Made by a program: the position numbers and the translations under genes. The notes beneath the pieces were generated by a model. That model was not told where the DNA came from, made no database searches, and saw only the letters and a list, made by a program, of their open reading frames with translations. This document shows positions 24,356 through 36,833 of a stretch of DNA of 40,132 nucleotides, in pieces. Source of the DNA: Perkinsus chesapeaki ATCC PRA-425 (Eukaryota > Protista > Perkinsozoa). The first letter of the stretch is position 1. Each line of letters opens with the position of its first letter. The stretch lies in assembly GCA_013115145.1 (NCBI GenBank), contig JAAPAO010000317.1:1-40132 (forward strand). Direction: 5' to 3'.

Positions 24356-25341
24356 TTATTTAGCAGTTTGTATGAGTAAAGCTAACTCTGGTTGATAATA
24401 TTCTTTATCTTTACTATTTAATATAATCTTTATTCTATCCTTAACAACATCCTTTATACCAGGATATTCTTTAAGTTGTAATGATAAACCAGCTAATATC
24501 TCATAATATTGTATATCTCCATCATCAATATCATCATCTTTATATAACTGTATAACAGCATTAGCAACATCATTTGAATCAACTATATTAGCTCTACCAT
24601 CATTCAATAAATATTTATATAAAGCAGCAGCTTTTTGTCTAACTCTGATTGAATATTTATTATTAAGTAGTTTAGCAATAACTTTATTAGCATCCTTTTT
24701 AATAAATAATGATTCAGCTTCTGGATATGATCTTATTAGTGACCCTAATGCACTTAATAATGATATTAATAGTGTATCATTATCTGTATTATTGATACTA
24801 TCTAATAATATATTTAATCCATTATATTTATGTAAACAAGCTTCTTGTACAGGTATATTATTAGATAACATTAAAGCTAATAGTTCACCAGCATCATTTT
24901 TAACAGTAATATTATTAATATTATTTGATGTACATAAGTATAATAAAGGCTCAATACCACCTAATATATCTAGATTTCTCGGACAATCAGGATAATCGGT
25001 ACAACCATCTAATAATGCTAATGCTGTTATTGCTTCATTATACAATAGTTTTTTATCATCTTCATTATTGGTATTTTTAATATTATTTATTATAGTATTA
25101 AGCTTATTAATAGCCTCTTTCATAGTGTCATTAGGATTCTCTTGTATACCTATATATTTATTATATAACATCTATCATTATAGTATATATTACCTAAAGT
25201 CTCTTCAATTGCCTTTTCTAAGAACTCCCTTCTTTCTGGTGACATTGGTTTAAACTCCGATTTATGTGTACCATCATGATATTTCGTTGACCATGCTAAT
25301 AGGCCTGCCCAATCTATATTACCTAAATTATTATTTGACAT
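24356..25341 (-). CDS. HSPBP1: Hsp70 nucleotide-exchange factor HspBP1/Fes1 (armadillo-like), 2 exons
   Basis: MSNNNLGNIDWAGLLAWSTKYHDGTHKSEFKPMSPERREFLEKAIEETLG| is a Fes1 N-terminus. It is followed by PRNLDILGGIEPLL, MLSNNIPVQ, LLSALGSLIRSYP and SIRVRQKAA ARM repeats. Confidence 0.92.
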
Positions 25342-25386
25342 CTTTAAATTCACAAAGATCAGCTAATGCCTAACTCCCCGTATTCA

Positions 25387-25415
25387 GGTCGTAGGTTCGA
25401 TCCCTGGTAAGGGTA
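25387..25415 (+). pseudogene. tRNA 3'-half relic with an intact B-box (GGTTCGATCCC)
   Basis: GGTCGTAGGTTCGATCCCTGGTAAGGGTA resembles a variable loop, T arm and acceptor 3' strand. No matching D-arm or 5' acceptor strand lies upstream. Confidence 0.55.
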
Positions 25416-25486
25416 TTTATAATTGTAGTACTATTATATATTATTATGATGGATAAGTCATAGGACAGTATATTATTATTATTGTT

Positions 25487-28400
25487 ATGGATAGTAATGA
25501 TAGTCCATCAGATGCTGTAAGTAATACAAGAGCTGTATTAATGGCAGCTGGTAATGATGAAAATGATGCTACTAGGGCTAGTTATGAACTAGCTGGGGCA
25601 TTACATCAAAATAATAATACAACAGGTGGTTAGTGATAATATATAATAATAAATAAATGGTTAATATTAGATAATATATTAACACATTTATTACCATCAC
25701 CGCAACCAACTAATGATCCACCACCAGGGTTAATAATACCATCAACAAGAACTCAGGTATAATAAATATATAAATATCTCTACTATAATCTATTAGAGTA
25801 ATACATATAATAATGATAATACAATAATAGAAGTTACTTCAACAACATCATCACCAGCTGCTGCTGCACTAGGGATGGTAATATATAGTCTTATTATTAT
25901 TATATTATATATTATTAGCCCACTACTACTACTGCTCCTGCTGCTGCATCATCTACTTATGATAATAAACAACATAATAGGATTATTGTTGATAATATTG
26001 TATGTAATGATGATGAATTATTAAATACTAGATTAGAGCTATATGAGAGTAGAAAGACATTAGAAAGTAATAATATATATATTAATATTATTACATGTAC
26101 TATCATTAGAGTTAATGTTCGAAAATAGTGAATTACAAAGGCTTATTGAACAATTAGAAGTTGAGATACATAATCAAAGGCAAATTAATTCAAATGGTAT
26201 GAGAGGATTCACTGGTGGAGGTTTGGTAATAATAAGCTAATGTTGTTGATATTGATGATATTAATAGATACCAAAGATGCAGCAGGATAAACGGTTACAT
26301 GAAGATTTAAGAGATCTACAAGCAGAATTTGATAGGGTACAAGAGGAAAAAGGAGAAATGAAAAAAGTGTAAGGTTAATAAGGTTAATAGGGCTAATAGG
26401 GTTAATAGGGTTAATAGGGTTAATAGGGTTAATAAGGTTAATAGGGTTAATAGGGTTAATAAGGTTAATAGGGCTAATAGGGTTAATAGGGTTAATAGGG
26501 TTAATTGGGTTAATAGGGTTATTAGGGTTAATAGGGTTAATAAGGTTAATAGGGTTAATAGGGTTAATAGGGTTAATAGGGTTAATAGGGTTAATAGGGT
26601 ATTATTAATAGATATTCTGAGCAAATACAGCAGTTAACACAATTATTAAGTTATGCTGCTTCTAAACTACAACAACAAGAACAAGAACAACAAGAACAAG
26701 TACCTTTAATACATCATAATAGTGCGCCTGCTAAGACAACTGGTAATAAGATAACAACGTTATAATAATTGGGATATAGGGATATATTAGATGATCAAGA
26801 TGATAATACAAGAAGAGATATATTAATACAACAACAATCATCATCATCATCATATACCTCACCAGTAGTAGTAGCAGTAGGAGCAGCAGAGAGAGCAGGA
26901 GGACAGATAGCGTCGCCTTCACTGATACAATCAGGTTATACTATTAATAATATTTATAATTATTATTGTAATATACTAGATACAGATGTTAAGCTATTAA
27001 TACGATCAAAAGAGGAATTAGAGAATGAATTAATGATGAAAGATAGTCAGATTAAAACATTATTAGATCAATATAATAATATTAATAAGCAATGTTTATT
27101 ATATCATAATAGGATATTACAGTATAATTATGGTATTAATAAATTAAATAATATATTAGATGATAATGATAAAGATGTAATAATATTAATTATTATAAAT
27201 AACATTGATATATTATTATTCTAGGATTCACTGGCTGTATTAAAGGTAAGGTCACTTGTTAAAGATCTAACAAGATCAAGTGATAATAATAATGGTGATG
27301 ATAATGGTGGTGGTAGTGGATTAAGTAGTGAATTAGAGGAATATATTAAGTAGTATTTATAATATTATTAATACTACCTTAATTTCATAATAGATCACAA
27401 AATAATGATCAAGTTACGAAATTGAGTGAAGAAGATAATAAACTAAAAAATGAAATAAAAGAGCTTAAAGCTACATCATCATCATCGGAGGCGGGGGCGA
27501 GGGCGGGTGCAGTGGTAGGAAGTAGTAAAGGTGGTGATGAAGCCATGAGGAAGGGGATTGGTGGTAAAAGAAGAGGCTCAATGGATGTACAAACTGCTAG
27601 GGAGAATTTAGCATTAGCAGAAGATAGAATACAATTATTAGAACAGTAATAATGATAATATAGTATTATTGATTATATAGTATTATTATTATAAAGATAT
27701 ATTAAACAACAATCAATTAAACAACAACAAAAGGATGACATATCTCATAAAAAGGTATTAATAATACATGAATGTAGTCATATATGTTGATAACAATAGT
27801 AGGACGATGATGATGATAATGATGATAATGATGATGATGATATAGTTAATGATATGCAGTCATTAAAACAATGTATAGCAGCAACAACAACTGAGTTACA
27901 CTCCACAAGGGAAATGTTGGTTAAAAGTGAAAGAAGGTAATACGAATATAATGGTGGGTAATAGAACATTAATAGTATTATTAGATATCGCTGTCTGTTG
28001 GATGCATGTAGGGATGTACAATCGAAAATAGAATCGCAATATCCTGATTTAATGACATTATTAACACCGGTAATAATACCATTTATATTGATGATGAATA
28101 ATAATATATAGTTATTATTAGATATTACACGAGCAAGCATCAGCATCATCATGGAACTCATATGCATCTATGTCAGGTAATAATAACAACAATGATCATA
28201 ATTAGTGACCATATTGGGTAAAGATGACACTTACGGAGCATCATCATTGATTGGATATGGGGATGGCATCGTCGAAGGAGGAGAAGGAAGAGGAAGAGGA
28301 GGAAATATATCAAATAATAATATTAAATGTAAAAGTATGAATAGATTAAATGGATTAAAGAGAAGTATTGGGGAGAAGTTTGTTGAATGTGAAAAGAGGA

Positions 28401-29479
28401 TATTGGCATTGTAATATGAATAATATTATTATACAGTATTAATACTATAATATAGGGAGGATAAAGTTGATGATGATGATGGTAGAGAGGGTAGTAGTAG
28501 TAATGGTGGAGTAGCAATAGAGAGTATACTACGTAAATGGATAAGTAATGATGTTAAGGAAATATATGATATGGTAATATGATGATGAGGAGGAGGATGA
28601 TGATGATGGAAGAAGGAATTATTATTATTATGTTGTTGTTGTTGTTGTCTTATTGTTAGTTTGCTATATTACCTGGTTTAGTGAGATCATTATTAGACAT
28701 ATGCACTGATGCATGTAAAGATAATATTAAGCTGGTATCAATAACACAGAAATGTAATTATTATTTGTAATAATGACTAGGTATTGATATTTAATGATAG
28801 ATAATAGTGTAAGAGGATATAAAGCAGATGATGATAATAATAGTAATATAGAGGAGATTAAAATGTTAAAGGAGCATATATTATCATTAAAGGAAAGGTT
28901 AAGAGATTTAACAGATTTAACGAATTGGACTAATGGTAATAGTGATGGGTAATAATAATAAATGTTATAAAGATATGAGACAAAGATCATCATTATTCAA
29001 TAAGACATATCATGATAATAATACATCATCATCATCATCAACGTCTGAAAGGTGTGATTATTATTATGATGTAATAATAATAATTATACAGGGTGTACAT
29101 ATTGTAGTTTATTATTGTGAATCTTAGCCTGTCATGCTTGAAAGGGATGAAGTACTTAAACAGTGTCAACAAAAAGCAATTGAGGGAGGAGAAAGGATCG
29201 AGGATCAATTAATAGATGCATTGAGACAGGTGGTGGTGCCTTATTAATGATGATGATGATTATAGTAGTAATATTAATACTATTATTCAGATTGTATATG
29301 TCCAGCGCAATGGTGAGGAAATTGATAGAAGATATAAACTAGTTATCAGAAATTTAAATGAACGAATTAATCATCTCGAGACTGTTATTGTATCAATGAG
29401 AGTTAGAGCGTGCAGAATAAGAAAAAGAACAACAGCAGGTGGTGGAGGAGGAGGAGGGATACGGAAAAGGGAAGGATAA
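25487..29479 (+). CDS. Large multi-exon coiled-coil protein of unknown family (could be two genes)
   Basis: MDSNDSPSDAVSNTRAVLMAAG...; heptad-rich exons (LELYESRKTLE, ENSELQRLIEQLE, LRDLQAEFDRVQEEK, LALAEDRIQLLEQ, YKLVIRNLNERINHLE) separated by short GT-AG introns. Confidence 0.65.
26372..26600 (+). repeat. (TTAATAGGG)n telomere-like 9-mer array filling intron 26369-26611
   Basis: About 25 tandem units with variants (aaggtt, gggct, ttggg). The flanking exons join in frame (KK V|Y SEQIQQL). Confidence 0.92.
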
Positions 29480-29643
29480 TAATAATAAGGATGACTAAGA
29501 GAACAACAACGATAGTAGTATTGTTATTATTATTACTACACTTGTTGTTGCAAGTTACCAAGTTATTAATATTATGTTTCTATTGATATATATTTCTGTT
29601 TATATTGAGTATAACAGGAATTAATAGTAGTTGTATTAATATT

Positions 29644-32229
29644 ATGTTGATAATACGAAAAGGTATATGGGATAGTGGTATCTCATCAAGTATAATAAAC
29701 ATTATTATATCAATAATAATATGTATTATAGGATGGTAATAATAATATTATAATATTAATAATAACAGATGATAGGTATATTATGATAGATGATGATAGT
29801 GTTATATGGAAATCACCATCATCATCATCAACACCGCCTCATCATCATCATCATCATGAAGGAGTATCAGTATACTCTAAGCACAATTCCACCACCAGCA
29901 CCAGCACCACCTTTACTACTACTAGTGCTGGTAGTAGTAATAAAAGTTATGATAAGTAGTAATAATATATTATCGGTATTCTAGTTATATACATATATAT
30001 TAGATCATCATCATCATCTTGGGCATTGAAGTCACCACCAGTATTATCAAGGTTACAGCTTTATCGGGAAGCATGGAATGATTTAATATATTATGATAAT
30101 AATAATGAGGATAATATACTACACGATGGATCATTATCATCATCAATAACAACTGATGATGATGATGTGAATAAATCTAATGATATATTATTAACGGTAA
30201 GTGAATTTAATGATGGTAAGTAGTATTAGTTATAATAATATGTATTATAATATTATTATTAGGTATTGGTTTACGCGTTATTAAAGATGTACCACCACAT
30301 TCATCATTAGGACGAATTAACTCTAAATTAATAATATCAATAGACCATCCAATAGCCCAGGCATATATTAATGTAATAATTATAGTAATAATAAAATATA
30401 TATAATAATAGGAACATAAACCTGATGATGATGAGGAGGAGGAGGATGGGGATAATATAATGGATAGTATGATAGCTGCTGTTATATGCAGTATTGTATA
30501 TGAAAGGAAGTTAGATGATAAATCGATACATAGACCTTTATGGAGAGTTGTAATAAAAGGGACGGCGCCTGTACCGGGGCGGCCTGTAGCGGGGCGGAGT
30601 ATGTTGTTGTTGTTGTTAGATTGGTGTTGGTGATTTACCGGATACATCTTGGGTAGAACAAAGAGGTTTATTTGGTAATGATAATAATAATGGTGATGAT
30701 GATCATTTAATATCATATATAGCTAATGGTACTACAATGGAAGGATGGTATGAAAAGGTAATAATAATAGGGGGGGCTGCTGGGGGCTGTTAATTGTTGT
30801 TGTTGTATCATTAATAGGGTAATGATATATGTTATAAGGCATATAAATGGTTATTGACAACTAATAATGAGGATGTACGTAATATATTACCAATAATAGA
30901 AAATGGAGAAGAAACAAGTATAGAGAATATTGTATCCCATATACTAGAATCCACCTCATCATCAACATCATCATCAACAACATCATCTGGTACTGATGAT
31001 GATGATGATACGGTGAATGGTGGTGGTAGTACTATCGTGGATAATACGGTAGTAATATAATAATTATATTGTATAATAAATACATTGTTATTATTATTAG
31101 ATGTTAACAATAAATGATGTTAAATGGGCATATATACTATTAAAAGGTTATGGTTTATGGTTTGATAATGAGGATGGTAATATGAATAATATAGATTGAT
31201 GATTATGATATATTAACAATACTGTGAATAGTAGGTACACCGCCAATGTTAGTGACTCCACTGGTATTTGCTAGACCGCATTATAGAAGTAGAAAGATTA
31301 TTAATTATGATATTAAATATCATAAATCAAGGAAGGATAATGTATATAATGATGATAGTAATAGCTGTGATAGTAATGTAATAATAGAATTATTAGATAC
31401 AGCAGTAGATGAATATGATAATGATGATGTTACTTATGAAGAGTATGGTATTAATAAACATCACCGACGACGACCACGACCACGACGAGCATCATCATTG
31501 TCACGGCCACGAGAGTTTAATATCGAATATATTGATTTAAGAATAGATGATGGTGCTGCATTACTAGGTGGTGAAGAGGTATTCTTTCCAGCTTATGATG
31601 TATTATCGAATGCATATGCATATTCATATAGAGCAATGTGGTTACACAAAAACAATTCACGTATGCCGATAATAACAAAGGTTAAACCTATTTATAATAA
31701 TACAAGCTATATATTAATAAATGAGGGATGTCCAGTTATATATCGTGATAATGTGAGGAGGGATGGTGGTGATGGTGGTGATGGGTTTATTAATATGAAA
31801 TTTTGGATTAGTAGAGATGAAGGTGAACTAGTCATTGATGATAAATTATTACCTTGTTACAGACTATACTCATTATTATATTATGGGTATAATAATAAAT
31901 ATTATAATATATATAATAGGTTACCGTATAAATTAGAATTATACGCGGTTAATATGATATTTAGTAGTGTTAAAGATAATAATATAAAAAGAATGATTGA
32001 GTCAAGTAAAATGTTATTATCAAATGATGATGTTGTTGACATTGGTATGATTGATGTTGGTGGTATGAATAATATAAGTTATAATAATAATATATTGAAA
32101 GATAAGAGTTTATTAGATATACCAGCAATGGAAGTTAGAGAAGTTGAAGGGGGATTATTAATACAATTTATAACTGCTCTTAAAGATTATATAACTATTA
32201 TTGATAATGTATATGTTGATTCTTATTAA
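29644..32229 (+). CDS. Divergent SET-domain (Rubisco-LSMT/SETD3-like) protein with an N-terminal hydrophobic anchor, multi-exon
   Basis: MLIIRKGIWDSGISSSIINIIISIIICIIGW|YIMI..., then GLRVIKDVP, CSIVYERKLDDKSIHRPLW, VKWAYILLKGYGLWF, LVTPLVFARPH and YDVLSNAYAYSY. These appear in the order expected for LSMT-type SET motifs but are degenerate. Confidence 0.55.
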
Positions 32230-32435
32230 TGATATATTATACTAGTTGTATTATTATTAATGATATATTATACTAGTTGTATTATTATTAATATATGTAA
32301 TATTGACTATTAACATCATCAACTTGAAGATCACGATCATCATTCTCTCTTACTCCTTCTACTACTCACATTGTTGTTGTTGTTGTTGTTCAAGTTGAAT
32401 ATACTAATTCACTATATAGACTACTATTACATATC

Positions 32436-34159
32436 ATGTCATCATCATCATCATCATCTACTGCTGCTGCTGCTGCTGCTAGGAGGCATGATAGAAGGGA
32501 GTCTACAGGGACTAGGGAGGAACATCATGGTGATAGGAGGTTATCATCAAGAGGAGGAGATGAGGATAGGAGAGATAGGCACAGGTTCAGTAGTAGTAGT
32601 AGTAGGAGACGACGGAGGTCGAGATCATATGATGATAGTAAGAGAAGAGGGAGGGATGATAGTAGTAGTAGAAGGATGAGGAGATATAGTCATGAAGAGG
32701 ATGGACGAGGACGACAAGGACATAATACTAATAGGGGGAGATATAGGGAAATAAGATATAAGGATAATAATGTAATGGTAGAATATAGAGGGGATAGAAT
32801 ATAGTTGGTAATGATAAGGTAATTAATAATAAATCATATAATACAATACCAGTTATAAGTGAAAATGAAGAAGTTGATGAGAAGGAAGCACATAGTAATA
32901 ATTATTATTAAAGTATAGTTTATTAATCATATACAATACAGGGGCGGCGGTAGCTTCAGCAGCAGCCGCAGCGATAGCAGCAGCTAAGAATGTTGCCAAA
33001 ACGCAAGAGAAACATGAATTAGATAGAAGGATTGCTGTAGCTAGGGTAGTAGTAATAATAATAATTAGGGTTATAATAATAATGTATGATAGGAATCAGC
33101 TAAGACTGCTGCTAAAAAGGCTAAGAGCACAACCTCTGTATTACCTGGATTTGCTACTATGGATGATGATGATGAAGAAGAAGAAGGAGCTGTTGGTGTA
33201 TCAGATAGATATAATAGTTATCATTCGGGCGACGGTATATAGGCTATATATAATTATAATAATAGTTATGTATAATAGATTCAACTACATCATCAATACC
33301 TCCTCCTCATCCTCATCCAGCAGCAGCAGCAATAGGAGCTTTACATAGCAATAGTAAAACTAGAGAGATGGATGATTTCCTGGATGGTAATAATAATAAT
33401 AAGGGTATTAGGGTTATAGTGTAACTGGGGTTAATAGAGATTAAATCACGTCATCAACTGAGGCATGAAGCTGAAATTTTAAAAGATAAATTAAATAAAG
33501 GCTGTTTTAAAGGAGTAGAGGAGATACGTGTTAAGGTAATAATATCTAGTATAATACAAGTTAATGATGATAGTGAAGGTATTATTGTATTATTATTAGG
33601 AAAGGTTAGCTAACCTACAGGCCCGTCTCGGGGGTATTGCCACATTACAGGAATCAGAGATGATTGGTAAAGCAATGAGGGGGTAGTAATAATATAGTAT
33701 ATACTATAATAAATAATAATATGTTAGGGGTGGTATGGATAATGATGGTGAATATGGTGGTGATGAGTATGATACAGCTAATCTATATATTGGTAATCTA
33801 CCTTTTGGTGTTACTGAAGATATGCTTATTAAAGAATTCGGTAAATATGGTTCAATGTAATAATGATGATAAATTGATAATATCATTATTAATATATTTA
33901 TTAATATTATTAGTACTAGTGTTAAGATAATGTATCCCAGAACAGATGAAGAGAGATCTAGAGGGTAATAATATAAAGGAGGAGTAGGGGACTTTAATAA
34001 TAATATTAATATAACAATACCAACCTTATTGTTGTTGTTGAAGGTATGTACCTGCATTTATAGCATTTGCAAATAGAGATGAAGCACAAGCTGCCAAGGA
34101 TGCAATGGAAAGTGGACCATGTACATTTGGTGGAGCTATGATGAGAGAGACTGTATTAA

Positions 34160-34190
<31 letters not shown>

Positions 34191-36490
34191 TTATTAAGGC
34201 ATATTAAGATATATTAATATAGGGTTGGATGGGGTAAAGCTATGAATTCAGCACAAGTGAAGTCAGTACAAAGGAATAAAAGTATGCTAGTACAGGTTGC
34301 AGCAGGGTTGCAACAACCTAAACCAGATAAAGGGGGGGCAGGAAATAATATTAATGTAATAATAATAATAAATAGTTGGATATTATTATAATATAGGATA
34401 TGACACAACGAACAACAACAACACCAACACATGATATTAGACTACAACAAGAAGAAGCTCAGCATCATCATCAGCAGCAGCAGCATCATGCATCCAATTT
34501 CTCCCAACCTAAACCAGTAATAAGATGATGATGATGATGTCGATGGTGGTGATGATGATGATGATGTTTAGAGTTTACATGTTAATGTACAATTACCAAA
34601 ATCTGATAGGCAAAGATCATTAATTGATAAGATAGCTAGATTAGTAGCTGATAATGGTAGAAATATAGAACAGGTAATAATAATAATATGTATATAGCAT
34701 TAGTCTCATTATTATTATCATTAGGTTGCTATAATGAGGGTTCAAGCCAGATATGGTGAAAAGGAAAGGTAGTATTATAAGAAATAATAGGAATAATAAC
34801 AATATTAGATATAACTTCTTATTTGATTATGATTCACCAGAAGGTCAGTATTATAGATGGCGAACGTAATAGTATATTAATTATCAATATTATTAATACT
34901 TCTTAGTTTTGCTTATGCTCAAGGTGATAGTGGTTTACGATGGCGTATTGAACCATTTATAATGAGCCAAGCTAATTCTTTATGTAATGATCCTGGTAAT
35001 AATAATAATTATTATTATTCAATATATATTATTGTTATTATTATTAGCTGTCTTATGGTATCCTCCACCATGTCAAGCACTTGGTCCATTAAATCATAAT
35101 AAAAACAATGCTGGTACAACAAGTAGGGCTAGTAGATCCGATATTGAACGTATTAATAATACGTTAATAATAGTTATTAATATATTAGTATTATAATAAT
35201 AGGTGGACCAGGTGGTAGAAGGCGTACTAAGATAGGAGGACAAACATTAATAGCTGCGGATAAAGCAGCATTAATAGGAATGTTAACAAGTATAACAATT
35301 AATAGTAATAATGATTATAATCATTAGCAGTAGTAGTAGTAGTAGCTGTATTATTATTATTGATGTTGTTGTTATTGATGTTGATGTTAGGAGAAAGTAT
35401 TAAAGAAGTTATGGTATGGTGTATAGATCATACTGATAATAGTAGTGAAATAGTTAATATATTAGTTGATGAGATAATAAATAAAAGGAAGGATAAGTCC
35501 GATAAATTACCTATACTGTATTAATAATAATATTATTATAATTAATCCCTATTATTATTATTATGTATATAGATATCTAATATCTGATATATTACATAAT
35601 AGTGGATGCTCTACTAAGAATGGGGCATGGAGCTATCGGACAGAAATAGAATATAAATGTGCATCAATAATATATGTATTTAATAATAATGGTAATAATA
35701 TTATAAAGAACATGTGGACATATGAAGGGTGTTAGTAGGAGGTAACAACAATGCTGATGATGATGAAGGTGATGATGATGATATAATAATAATGCAAAAG
35801 TGTTATAGTGTTCTTAGTGCATGGGAACAGAATGCTATATTTGGACCGGAGTAATAATAGAAGTTATAATAGTAGTAGTAGTAGTTATGATATGTATTAA
35901 TAGATATCTTAGAGGATTAGTAGCTACATTAATGAGAACACCTAGTAGAGAGGATCTAGATAAAGTTAAATTAACTGAAGAGAAGGATCAACATTTCAGT
36001 CAATTAGAAAGATGGTGTAGGAATAATGGTAATACTATTACTACTTAGTAGTAGCACTACTACTAGTAGTAATTTATTAAGGCCTCTTATGGGAGTATCC
36101 ATCTTATATTGGTAATAATGCTGATGATAAAAAGGAATGGTTACTTATGCAAATAGCTAACGAAAAATTGTAAGAAGTAAGCAGTAATATATATTATTCT
36201 TATTATATTAGATACTCAAAAGAGAGTGGTAGAGGAGTAAGTGATGATAATATAGAAAATAATGATGAAGATATTGATGGTGAATCAGTTGATAGTGATG
36301 ATATTAGTATTGATGATGAAGATGAAGATGATGATGAGGATATTGATGGTAATATAAGCCTATTATTACAACAATTATTATTATTAGTGCTTTAGGTGAA
36401 GCATTAATATTACCAGGTGATAATATAGAAGTTATACAAAACATCAGCGATGATGATGATGAAGGTGCAATAGATGGTGTACCATTATGA
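32436..36490 (+). CDS. U2SURP: U2 snRNP-associated SURP motif-containing protein (SR140): RS-rich N-terminus, RRM, SURP, CID; multi-exon
   Basis: RRM: ANLYIGNLPFGVTEDMLIKEFGKYG, SVKIMYPRTDEERSR, AFIAFANRDEA and GWGKAM. SURP: QRSLIDKIARLV, NFLFDYDSPEGQYYRWR and WRIEPF. The acidic end reads EDIDG...AIDGVPL*. Confidence 0.93.
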
Positions 36491-36833
36491 CAATACGACT
36501 ACTACTACTACTACTATTTAAACGTATTAATATTATGTATTATTCATATAATATACAATTTATTATAAGTATTGTCCACCATTTCTATCATCATTATCTT
36601 ATTATTATTATAGTTGTTGTATTTTGTTGTTATCATTTCATTTATTTAATTCATCTTAGTTTTTCCTCCTAATCACTGTCATTATCGCTTCTGTTGTTGT
36701 TGTTCTTGTAATTTACTATTATCAAACCTAACTACATTAACAACAATACTGAGAATAAGCAGTATAAGAAGAAGAACATAGCACCTAATAACGACCATCA
36801 CCACCCACCGCCATCATCACGTTTAACTGACCT

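Noticed and set aside
26372-26600. True chromosome end / telomere
   Set aside because: The array is interstitial, bounded by GT and AG inside a continuous gene, and has a 9-nt unit.
26316-26624. (LLT)n 102-aa minus-strand ORF
   Set aside because: It is the antisense reading of the intronic TTAATAGGG array, and the flanking plus-strand exons splice in frame.
32222-32292. 31-bp direct duplication after the SET-like stop, and an 18-bp duplication at ~724-759
   Set aside because: These are simple local slippage duplications in AT-rich intergenic DNA with no further structure.
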